Assembly (NCBI GenBank): GCA_036172245.1
Contig: JAYWIR010000021.1
Coordinates: forward strand, 1-64,000
Reading direction: 5' to 3'
Origin: Raillietiella orientalis
Taxonomy: Eukaryota
DNA length: 64,000 nucleotides
Below the pieces are notes generated by a model. It did no database searches. It was given only the letters and a program-made list of their open reading frames with translations, and was not told the origin of the DNA. A program made the position numbers and the translations under genes. Shown here piece by piece: positions 25,350 through 36,778 of the stretch. The first letter of the stretch is position 1; each line of letters begins with the position of its first letter.

Positions 25350-28300
25350 GTTCAGCATGGAAAATATCAAACCGTCTTCCAAGCCCACTTTCTTAGACTT
25401 TCCGGCAGATGTCTATACCTTCCCTCCCTCGACCGTGGCCATTTCCACCTGAGGGATGCAAGTTTGCTTCCTCAGCTGAGGAAACGTACAATCGCTCCAG
25501 AATGCGGAAGCTCCGTATCTCACGCATCCGTGGTGTCACCCCCGAAATTACTTTTCACTTTTGTGAGGACTGCAACTTTACTGCCGCCCTTCTGGACTAT
25601 TCTGCTGCTTCCCATTAGTGCACTCAATGCACTCGAACATGGGAACTTCCGACCTCCCCTGAAAAAGTTGAAATTTCCCTGCGCGTACCTCTCAGCTGGA
25701 CCGCAAAGGTTTCCGCGTGAAGCACACCCGAAGCGTGCGTGGCACCTCAACATTTAAGAAAGCATCTTAGTTTGAACCTCTTGGTGAGGAAGCCGGCCCA
25801 AGTCATGCGGCGCGTCTTGAACAGCCGAGGGACGATATCCCACTAGGATCCCAAGAAAAGTCAAATTCTCTCCAATCTCCGCAAATAGCCTCTTACCTCG
25901 AGCCACATCCACGAACAACCTCTCCTAACGCGATGCGATTCCATCCCCTCCTTCTCCCGAGGTGTCTGCAAAAACATTCCTGGACAGTGAGGATGCGCTT
26001 CAACCGATCCCCCCGGAAATTCGAAGCAAACTTTCTGCCCCATTCTCTGCATGTCCTAACGATGACGCTCCCGCGAAGATAGAGAACAAACAGGCGATTC
26101 ATCCGATAACCAAGAAACTCCGTTCAACAGCTACCCCTAATGGTAGTACCCCTCCGTCTTCCACACTGAAACCTCCCTTATCTCTTCCCTCGTATGCAGG
26201 CACCTTAAAACCCGAGCCTCGAGTAGTGCATAGGAAATCTCCTCGTAACTTTCTCCCGAGCTGGGAACATGGATCATCTTCAGCCTGCAGGAATTCCTCG
26301 ATGAAAAGACAACTTCCTGCACGTTCTGGCGCTCGCTCTTCCTTCATCGAATGGAGAAACTTGCGAAGAAGGCATTTATTCAGCCCGCATTGAATCCTGT
26401 TAGATCTGATCCGAAGACAGATTCTTCCCTCGAACCGTGTCTCCTCCGAACTGCAGTATCTCTTTTTCATCTCCAGAACAAACTACAAAGTATCCTATTA
26501 CTGCCCCCAACCCACCTCATGTTCGCCTTAGAACAACTCCTGCCTCTCGAGAAGCTATCCCCACACGGTTGCATCCCTGCTTCCGCGACTCCCTCCGCGA
26601 AAAAGATTCCATCGAATTGCGTTCCCTCGAAAAGATCACCGATTCGGTCGAAATTCCACGCGAAGCTTTACCTGTGCCAAGCGCTCCACGCACTGTGGAT
26701 AGCGTGGATAGCTCTGCGCAACAACAGAATTCTTCTCCAACGATGAACCAAAACGACCGCTTTCCACCTCTGACTTCGCAGCCACCGCACACCTCCTCCT
26801 CTTCACCTTCTACATCTGGATAGCGCAAAAGACCTCCTCCACAGTATCATCGCAATCCAGCACCTCCGTCGATCTTCTAGACAGTGTTTAGCTGCACCAC
26901 CACCCAATCGGACCGTTCCTGCCTATCCATCCTCTCCTCCAGCCACCACCCGTCCCACTACCCCTCCAACTACGAACCTCCCACTCCCATCCATAGCTAA
27001 CGAAGATGTGGCTCTCACACCGAACAACGTCCTTTTGGTTCGATTTTCCGTATCTCGCACCCTATGCTGCATACTGCCATCCTTTCCCTGCAGAACGCAA
27101 ACTCTCGATGCAAGCAACACACTTCAGTCTCTTAAACGTCACTTGACGACGGCTTTCCTTTCCACAAGCACAGGTTACTCTGTAGGAAATGCAAATCCGA
27201 AGTCTCCTATCGTACTCAACATCACCCGTGCTTCAAACACTTCGCTCGCCTTCAACCCTCCACGGTCCCCCTTTTTTTTCAACGTAACATTCCTAACTGT
27301 ATGGCTACTTTCCCTTCTAAGCGTGGATTACACAATCACATGCGATGGCATATACGCCTGCCAAATCAAAGCAACGAACCCCTCTCCCCACTTCGCACTT
27401 CTCGCCCAAACCCACATTTCACCGTTTTGATGCGATGGCGACACCCGAACCCCCCACACCTGTAGCCATAGAAACAGCGCATCCTATCCCTACAACAGCC
27501 TGCACGCCAACAGGATCAGGGCCTCCCATAGTTCCATAGTTCAAATTCATCTTCCTCCGAAGGCTTACAACAGCAAACACAACCGATACATCCAACTCCC
27601 TTGTACCCCTCGCACTCCGCCACCGAACCTACACCCTATATCTCCGCAGCACAACAGGTTCTGCCACACGCGCAACATATACTACACACGAGCACACACT
27701 CCGTCCTTAGTCCTTACACTCCGATCCTCACGACCCTTCTTGCACAATCGACGTCTAATGGCACTTGGCAACGTAAGCTGCATACCCTCAAAGAAATTAG
27801 GAACACCATAACTTCGACATTCCACATACGCCCATTTAACCCTTCCACAGGGCCTGCATCCTCTTCCAATGGCTTTCGCCTTACCTCAGCGAAACTACTT
27901 CAATCCCTGTATCGGCGAAACCGAAACGATCCCAGCCATTCGCTCTCTTCTTCACTCGAATACCGTTCAATTGAACGGCTGTAAATCTGTAGTTCAAACT
28001 ATTTGTGGTGAAACGTTCTCAGCAAAGACAATGAACGCGGACATACTCAAGGAAAGCCCTTTAACCGTGGCTTCTTCGGAAGTGAATTGTGCAAACATGA
28101 ACCCTGAAGAAGTTCTTTCCACATTAAGGGACTCCCAAGACAATGCGCCAGGAAATGACGGAATCCCGTATTCCCTCCGAGGGGATCCTGTCCAGCCGGA
28201 TCTTGTCTTGTAGCCCTTTACAATTCATGAGTCCGTCACTTGCGTACCCCTAACGACTGGAAAACATCACGCACAGTCCTAATCCCTAAATCTGGAGCAT

Positions 28301-30727
28301 CTGACCCTGCAGATGTCACGCAGTTGCGCCTCGTCGCAATCTCCAATACGTTTCGCAAACTATTCTGCAAAATACTTGCGAAACGGTTGCGCCTGTGGAC
28401 ACTCGGACACCATCAAAAGGGATTTCTTCCTTATGATGGCGTGCTGGAGCAAAACTTTGTCCTGACCACCGCACTCGAGCGCTCCCGAGTGCACCACCAA
28501 GACATCGCCAATGCATGGATAGATGCGTTTACCTCCATCCCCCATCAGCTCATCCTAGACACGCTGACCGTGGTAGGGGCGGGTAGTCAGTTCCGCGGAA
28601 TCATTGCGGAAATGTATTCGGAATCTACGACAACGATGGTGGCTTCGGACGGACTTACGATCCCAATTCCGATTCGTTCCGGAGTGCGCCAAGGTTGTCC
28701 CCTAAGTGGGCTGTTATTCACCATCGCTCTAGAAGCCTTTATCAGAATCCTGAAACACGCGGTACTTCTGCTTGCTTATGCAGATGATGTTGCGCTGATT
28801 GCTATCTCGATAAATGAGCTACAACTGGCCGTCACCACACTGGCGGATTCAACCCGAGCTGCAAACTTGCAAATAAATCCCTGTAAATGCGACTCCTATC
28901 ACCACGTAGCTTCCCCACCACGAGTGCAAAATTCCCCAATGTCTGGAGCGGCGCATTTATTTCGCCCCTTTCCCTTGAAGATATTTGTAATGACCTAAGG
29001 AAACCGATTTGCTTCGCTCCACTCATGCATGATGGAAACGTGGATACCTTCGTCGCTCATTTTAAAATCATTGCCGACTCCTGCTTAGGCGCATGGCAGA
29101 AACTGGACGCCATCAAATGCTTTTTCTTGCCATTATTAGTGCATGTCCTTCGTCTTGGCACGAATCCGCTATCGTCATGGGCCAAGATTGATAAAATAAT
29201 ACGAAATACGCTGAAGCAAAGCATTCTTACCCAAGGATCATCAAACGAATACCTATACGGAAGTGTTCCTGATGGATGCCTCGGGGTAATGCTTCTTGCC
29301 GAAGAAGCACGAACAAGGATCGCTGACTCTGCGTTCAGGCTACTAACGTGTCCGCATTCCCATGTGACTGATCCCTCCTCCTCGTCCCTTTCCGACGCCG
29401 TACGTAATAAGGCTCATGTGCCGCCAAACTTGGTTCCGTTTACTCGGTTCCTCAATGGATGCTGTTCGTCCCCCTTAGACCGCCCAAGTGGTGATCCCCC
29501 TGCACAATGTGGTCCACATTACGGGAAGCAAGGAAGCACCTTCCCATAACGTGGAACACTTATGACAATAATGTGACTCTCTCTCTATCCTTCCGCGAAC
29601 ATGAAAACCCCCAAACCCTCCCCATTCCGCGGCGTCGACAAGCAGCACGAACGATACGTGCTCACTATCACTTCTAGCCAAGCCAGACCAAGGTATGATA
29701 ATAGAATTTCTAGCCCTCCACGAAGCCTCCATGTCATTCCTGCCTACATGTGATGCATTCCGCTTCGCAGACTGGCGTTTCATACACCATGACCGTTTGC
29801 ACCACTTCTTTCTCAACGGAAATCGGAAAACGCCTAGTGAACTTGAGCAATGCCTTAGAGGTGGCTATGCAAAAGAAATAGTGGAGCATGTCCTGTGCCA
29901 CTGTCCAATTTATCTTGGGACAATGATCACCCAACGACATAACGTTGTTGTCGACACCTTGTTCACGATCCTCTCCCCTCGACGGTCCGTTGCCCAAACG
30001 GATCGCCGAGTGGATGTGTTCAACTCCGCTCTTCGCTTCGACATATTTTTGCAGAACAGCAATCATAATTGACGTTGTCTTCTCATTTGAAAATCGTGCA
30101 TCGTCGCTACAGCGTGCAAGAGATCGTGCAAAATACTGAAGTACGCAGAGATCGAGATCTCCCTCAAGAAAGAAGGCTTGCGCACCATCATCCAAGCATT
30201 TGTAATTGGTGCGCTCGGCTAGTGGGATCCCGAAAATGATAAACTCCTAAAATTGCTCGGAATCCCTCCAAGAACAGTTACCGAGATCTCTAGGCATCTA
30301 TGTATCGAAGTTATGAAGTTTCCGCGGGACGTATACATTAAGCATATCTCCACACCCAACTCTTCTGGGTATCAAGCAGAAAACCTCAAAGGAAATCTTC
30401 TACGCCATGAGAATATGTACCAAACACAGGAAGAGCTATGTCCTGTATCCCAAATACAAACAGTAATCCTCCCCCATCACAGTGTAGGTCCTCCAGCAGA
30501 TGAGATCCTTTTGGACGGCTCTTCCGCATTTCAAATAGCAGAAGCTATTTAGGTGCTAACGTCCCTCTATGTGCTATCTTAATACACTTACCCTCTTTCG
30601 ATGTTCCTCCTTCAACAGCTGTGTATTCAAAGACAACTGAAACCTTTGTAAAATTGAACATCACAAACATGTTGTAAAACTAACCCTTATGTACGGTACA
30701 AATGCAACAAGAATGTCGTAATAAACA
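25350..30727 (+). mobile_element. Utopia/NeSL-like RLE non-LTR retrotransposon, near full length, frameshifted
   Basis: Zinc-finger remnants near 25450-25740 and at about 27280-27350 (CMATFPSKRGLHNHMRWH). RT motifs: LQSLYRRNR, APGNDGIPY, WKTSRTVLIPK, QKGFLPYDGVLEQNF, GVRQGCPLSGLLF, YADD. Downstream motifs: AWQKLDAIK, EYLYG, RFADWRFIH, a degenerate CCHC followed by RHN, IIDV..FEN, GALG*WDPEND, RDVYIKHI. Multiple stops and frameshifts. Ends are approximate. Confidence 0.9.
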
Positions 30728-30955
30728 AACCTCAGAAACAACTCGAAGAAGATGCTGAACAGCAGAGGAATTAAGCTTTCTCCCTGCCTGATGCCCCTCC
30801 GCAGCGGCACGCCGTACACGTGGCAGCCACTGAAACAGATGGCAGTAATCCCGTGACGCCAGCCTGCGCGCAGATAGGTCACGAGGTGCGCCGGAAGACC
30901 GCGACGTTCCAAGAGCTCCAGAAGGAGTTCATGGTTCACGCCTTGTGGTGCCTTG
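30728..30955 (-). mobile_element. Tx1/L1-like RT-core fragment, inverted relative to its neighbours
   Basis: VNHELLLELLERRGLP...LRRGIRQGESLIPLLFSIFFELFLR. Visible nucleotide similarity to the + strand copy at 32076-32285. Confidence 0.8.
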
Positions 30956-31009
30956 TGGTGGGGCGCGCTGCTCGATGTTCCGATTGAACATCTGAATTGT
31001 GCCCCGGTG

Positions 31010-31660
31010 CTCATGGACACCTCCACCCTCCCCTTAAAATGGCAGGAGTCGGCGCTACTGTTGCGGCACTAAGGACTCCCCTGCAACGCCCGCCGACACC
31101 ACTGGACCTGGGGAGCTGTGCACCCCAATCGTGTTAGGTTGTGTGGGGAACGGGAGTCCCTCCCCACGTCCTTGTGGATTGTGTTGTCCTTCGGCCTCTT
31201 TGGCTACGCTTTGCCGCGGCCATCGGAATCCCCTGCGGCAATCCCAGGGACGCCTTAAAAGCCTTCTTCGTTCCCGACTCTCTTCGACCTGCGCCTCGTT
31301 AGCAGACCTGTGCTGCCTTCGCAGGATCGTCGCCGCTTTCAGCAAGGCTATGGGAGGAAATCGCGATATGGGTGCCATATAGCACGCCTCCGAATTTTAA
31401 GAGAGGTCGTCTTTATGGCCCCACCTGGATCCAGGCATCCTGCGAAGGATGCAACGCACCCAGCAGCAACAGTGATCCCTTCCCGTACCCTGCCACTCTT
31501 TTTTTTCTTTTTGTTTAGTTTTTTGTTTGTCCTCCTTTCCCCTGCTGCCGTGGTGGACCGTACCGGTCTGCGAACCGGTGACCCGGCAGGCTCTGTGTTT
31601 CTTCGTGCGTGCCTGAAGCACAGGTCCAGCCACAGGACGTGTTAAAGTTGTTTTTTTTAT
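31010..31660 (+). mobile_element. Tx1/L1-like LINE 3' end (zf-RVT remnant and 3' UTR)
   Basis: LPLKWQESALLLRH*GLPCNARRHHWT...CGERESLPHVLVDC, paralogous to 22750-22905. Followed by a T-rich tract and a structured tail. Confidence 0.8.
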
Positions 31661-31684
31661 ACTGAACGCCCCGTCGAAACCCGG

Positions 31685-34080
31685 GTGAAAATCGGACGCC
31701 TTGTGGAGATGGGCCGCGGCCTCCAAGGCACCCGGCGTTTCCTCTGGGTGTATGCACATGCACTTGGCCGGGGCAGCCGTTGTAGCGCATGCCTGGCTTT
31801 GGTGTGCGACTCGTCGCTGCAGCTCGAGCCACGCGCTCCCGAAAAACAGGTCCGCCTCCATGGACCGTCCGTGAACAGCGTAGGACTGCTCCGGACTTAC
31901 CACGGATTCCAGGATCCGGTGGCCAGCTGTTTTTTACTCGGGTGTGCCGGGGCGTTTATTACTCAACTATTCGAGAACTGGATTGTCCTGTGACCGGGAA
32001 GGGGAAAGCCAAGGAGGAACGGACGCGTCGGAAGTCCCTGATGTCGCAGTCGATTTGCACATAGCTTTCTCCTGAGTGGACCATTAACTCTTCCTGGAGC
32101 TCTTGGAACGCATGGTATTGCCAACCGTGTTGGTGCTCTATCTGCGCTTCTGCTTGTGCTTCGCGCTAATGAGCATCGTTTTCAGTGGCCGTCACATGGA
32201 CGGCATCTCGATGTGCAGAGGAACAAGGCAGGCAGAAAACCTCAGCCCCCTGCTCTTCAGCATCTATTTCGAGTTGGTGCTGAGAGCATACAGGGAGACT
32301 CTGGCAACTCTGCCGAGCTCGTGTCCGGACACGCTTGGCAGGTTCCGCTTATGCTGACGATCTTCTGCTGCTGCTCCCCATGTCCGTCTTGGCGTTCAGC
32401 ACCCGAGGGCTTCTTCTAGCGGCTTAGCTGCGGGACGGAACTTGAGGTGAACAGGGCGAAGTCGTCCTTGGTGCCGGTTGGTGGGACAAAGGACGGACGG
32501 TCGGACTGAATCCGCTTGGAGATTGCCACGGGCGAGTGCTTCGAGTACCCTGGTGTTCCATTTTGGGGACTTTTGCCCTGCAGAAGCCTTGTCGGGCCGT
32601 TTCCAAAAGGTAGAGTTGGCAATCGTTCCGGTCCAGAGCGGCAGATTTCACTTGCAGGAACGAGCGCGTTTGCGGCTCCGGTCGTGCTCTTCTTGCTTTT
32701 TGTCTGCCTTACCCCTTCGACAATCAACGAGAGGAACGAGAACCTCCTCAGTAAATCTGTATGGAGTGCAGGAAGGTCCAGATTCCCATTACACGCCCTG
32801 TTCGCTCCGTATATGGATGGTGGACTGGGCCTCCTCGCGCTGGAGCGAATGTAGCGTCGGCTCCTGTTCCGAAAACTCGTCCTGGCGTTTACACTGTAGA
32901 CCACACCTGGGTGCGCTCAGGCGCGAATCCTCTCCAAACGAGCAGCCGGCTGCGAGGGACGGTCTTTCCTTGTCGTGGCCACCGAGCGAAGTTCGATCCA
33001 CCTGGTCTCACAGCTCCGACAAATGGTTGCCTTGGGCCGAAGGAATCCCCGGATCTCCACTTACCCCGCGAACTAAACTGCCTGGTTGCAGGAGACTGTT
33101 CTTTCATGGGGAAAAGTCAACGTCGCGAGCGAGGCGGTGTACAACTGCATGCGAAGCAGCAAATACACCCGTCAGTCGTTGTGGAAGATGCTGGGTAACA
33201 CCAGGAATCTCGCTGCCGTGCTGCTCTTCCTACTGCAAGCAAGGAACAACAGCTTTCCTTCAAGGGGAGAAGTGACGTGCATCATAGACAACAAAACAAA
33301 ACATCTGAATACGTGGACAACTGGCGGACTCTGCCATTCCGAGTGCCCCACCCAAAGGACTTCTATTCTGGGGAGAGCTGTTACAAACCTCTCCGAATGA
33401 GTTGAAGCGGTCCCCGGCGTGTTGAGACATGGCAACCCTCCCGCTAAAGTGGCGGGAGTCGGCGATCCTACTGTTGCATTGGGGTCGTCCGTGCAACGCT
33501 CGCCGACACCACTTGACCCTGGAGAATGGAATCCCGAACTGCAGCAGGTGGGAAGGAAGGTAGTCTCTCCCGCACCTGTTCGGGGATCGTGTTACCCTCC
33601 GTCCTCTGAGGGAACGCTTTGCCGCGTCCCTGCAGATCCCCGAGGGCAACCCCAGAGACGTTTGTAGAGCGCCTCTTCCTGAGCGATGCTCTCACTCCGG
33701 CCGCATCCCTGGTAGCACTTTGCTGCCTACGCGAGATCGTGGCTGCATGGAGCAACGCCAGAGGAGGTCAGAGAGACAGGGACGTCATCTATTTTTCTGT
33801 CCTCCTCATGAAGACAGTGTCAAGATGGCCAGATCTGGAAGTCTTCAAACAGGAACTTGCATGAAAGGATGCAAAGAACGTCATCCAGCAGACAGTGATC
33901 TCTTCCCGAACCCACCAGATTTTTTTTTTTATATTTATGTTTTTATTTTATTTTTATTTATGTTTATCCCCGTCTCTTTTGCTGCCGAGGCGGACCTCGT
34001 GGGCCATCTTTCGGCAGGTTCCACTTGTCGTGTTCGTGACGTGGCAGCACCAAGCGTCCTGCCACCGACTTTTCTATAAA
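31685..34080 (+). mobile_element. Degenerate Tx1/L1-like LINE with internal deletions (RT, zf-RVT, 3' UTR)
   Basis: LELLERM...RGTRQAENLSPLLFSIYFE, SAYADDLLLL (about 32344), VNRAKS, YPGVPF, APYMDGGLGL, LPLKWRESAILLLHWGRPCNARRHH. T-rich 3' UTR at 33920-33965. Many stops and frameshifts. Confidence 0.85.
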
Positions 34081-34299
34081 GGGGTACGGCAGCAGGGAGA
34101 CTCCCTCAGCGGGCGTTTCCGAGTATGCGCGTCCCGGCAGCCCTCGGCCTGTTTGGAGGAGAGTCCTCGGAACCACCGGAAGGGATCAGAGGTCTCCCTC
34201 GTGGCGGCGCGTTGCACCATGAAGGAGAACTCAACCATCCGTTCAGGAGCAGCGGGATTTACGGACGACCAGGGACGAAACCGACGCGCCTTCAGGCCG

Positions 34300-35090
34300 C
34301 CCGATCGAGGGGGTGCACCCCAGCCGAGGTCCTAGTCTATGTGCTACTGTTGCCCGCGGGGTCGACGAGCATCGGGCGAGGGGACATGAGAGGTCATTCG
34401 CTCCAGACGGTGCCTTGCGAGCCATGGCCCAGCTGGTGAGCAGCGATGCGTCCGGGGTATACTGCCTCTCCGTGCTCAGGTGCCCCGCGTGGAGGAGTTG
34501 ATGCACCCGGTGCTTGCTCCGACCCGCTTGATCCGGAAGCAGGGGACCAACGATGCGGCTGTCCCTCGCCCGTGGCACGGGAGACCGCTGCATTGTTGGC
34601 GACCGGCCGTGGTCGAGGACGACACGTTGATGTTCGTGATGCTCGTCGCTGCTGGCGTTCGCATCCTCCAGTGGCGTGGGTGCTGGAGGTTGGAGCGAAA
34701 CTGTCTGCAGCGGGACGAACACGAAGTGTGGCCCCGGAGCGCGGATTGCTGCTGCCCGAACCGCTGGTTGCTCTCCTCTTTGCATCGGCCCTCCTGGACG
34801 CCATTTCCCGCCAGAAAACCAAACCGCACATGGGAGGCAGGGCGCTCAGAGCGCCACCTGGGCGGCGCGCTCTCAGGAAACAAGTCGCCTCTCAAGATGT
34901 CACGTGGGTCTGGGGTTGTCCAGCTTGGGGAGCGCAGGACGATGACCTGCCAACCGAAGGGAGCGCCTCTGCCATCCTGAGCGCGGGCCACCAAGGGGCC
35001 GCGTTTCTTCAGACGCGGCAGCTCCGCTCATCCGAGCAACTCGGGCTGTTTCCCGACCAGCTGGCAGGGCGAAACTGGATCTCCTGCCGT
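34300..35090 (+). mobile_element. Possible decayed LINE ORF1 (gag-like) remnant
   Basis: GC-rich, frameshifted coding-like sequence abutting a LINE 3' tail. EDDTLMFVMLVAAGVRI weakly recalls Tx1 ORF1 segments. No diagnostic motif. Confidence 0.25.
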
Positions 35091-35721
35091 TGAAGGAGCT
35101 ACAGCGTCCCGGAGGAAAGAAGCAAAGAATCGACGCCTGGATGAGCGCGCCGTGACTTGTTGCACCCGTGCCACCACTGGGTCGCTTGACGTCGGACGTC
35201 GCGCGCCGAGGCAGCTGCGAACGAGATAGCAAAGCTCTCGCCGATGCGGCCTTCGCCTTCGGCCTCGTGTCGAACGCGAGCTCTCGGTCCGCAGGGCCGC
35301 CGCCATGCCCGCGGGCTTCGGAAAACAGAAACCGTCATCCCGCCCGAAACCTCCGATATGGGCAGAGCTAGGGCGCGTGCTTCTGGACCGAGAGACGACA
35401 CACGTACGAGACGGAGTCCAAGCGCTATCGGAACCCCATTTCGATGGACCACGTGGAGAAGGAAAGGACGCTCGTCGGGAGGGCGCGTGCACTCTGTAGG
35501 CAGGAGCGCACTGTTCGCTAATGCGCGCGCCAGGAAGGTCACGGGTGTGCCGGGTAGCTGTGAGCGTGGCTGGTGGCTTGCTGCGTCCCCGTGTGACCTG
35601 GCCCGACTGCGGGGCCGCAACTAAGAAACCGTACACTGGCGTTCAGCCACGACAACTTCGATGTGATTGCCCGCAATCTGCTTCCGTGGTCAGAAGCACC
35701 TGTCGTCTCCTCTCTGCCCGA

Positions 35722-36778
35722 CTATCGGAAGAAATTCACTTCCGCCTGGAAGCCGAAGCGACCCTCGTACACGTTCCTGTACCAGTGCACGACCATATGC
35801 TGGCCATCCGATCGGATCCTCTGTCCGGGGAAGAAGTCGTCATTCTTGCAGTAGCTGGGGGAAGATTGCTGATTAGAATGCACTCCTCGGACTCTGGAGC
35901 CCTCGTGCCATTCGATTCCGAGCAAGGGATCGTTCTTGGCAGCAACGCGCGGTGTGCGCCGTGGTCGCTCTCGGGCTGTCGCGCGCTCCAACTGCGCGGC
36001 GGAACGATGCTGTTTCCTCACGATAGGAAGGGCAGCTCCGAGAACTGCCCGGCAAACTGCTGCCGCAACCGCGGGCGCTGGATGCGCACCAGGAGGAAGG
36101 GTTCGACATGGGGGGTGGCGCTCCTGACCGCATGCGGCTCCCGGAAGGGGTTTTGGATTGTGCGCAACGCGCGATACTCACGTTTTCCCTTTGTACGGAT
36201 CGCCAGTGGTACGGAGCGTGAGAGATCCCAACGAGCACCTTGGATTCGGGCTGTAGAAGGAAATCCGCTCGATGACCAGCTCGACTCGATGGCGCGGTGG
36301 TGCTTTGATGTACCAGACGCAATCTGCTAGTTCATCTTGCGTGGATGTCGCAATCCGCTTCGAACTTGTGATGGTTTCCCCGCAACCGAGGGGATTGGCC
36401 GCTGGAGGGGGTGTTTCCGTTGTCAGGAGCGCACGCACGCAGAGAAAGGGGTTTGGACTGCAGCTTACGGTAGTACTCTCCGGTGACTGCTTCGCAACGC
36501 TCTCCCTGCGTTCCAGGTGGGCACACGCAAGCACAGTCTCGTCCTACGAACCCGCCGTTTTCGCACGGGTCGCGGGATTTTCGGCAGCTTCTCAGCCAGT
36601 CATCTGCTGTCGCTCGCGGGCTGCTTTACTCGAGGCGCCCACGCATACCCGTGCAGCCGTAGATTCTGTTGATGAGCAGCAGGTTCCGGTGAGTTAAGTA
36701 TCCGGGATTGTGACCCAAGAGGTACTGTTTCGTAATATCCACGGTTGCCATGGTTTCGGCTCCTTCCTTTCCATAAAC
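35722..36778 (-). CDS. Astacin (M12A) metalloprotease, BP10/SpAN-like: end of protease domain plus EGF and CUB; 5' exons not found
   Basis: Phase-compatible exons 36778-36649, 36603-36469, 36401-36182 and 35854-35722; introns are 45, 67 and 327 nt. Translation: VYGKEGAETMATVDITKQYLLGHNPGYLTHRNLLLINRIYGCT/DDWLRSC...DPCENGGFVGRDCACVCPPGTQGERCE/...GCGETIT...DCVWYIKAPPRHRVELVI...C/YCKNDDFFPGQRIRSDGQHMVVHW...GFQAEVNFFR*. Confidence 0.85.

Noticed and set aside
34430..34560. DIRS-type RNase H from SDASG
   Set aside because: A single short motif with no accompanying RT or tyrosine recombinase.
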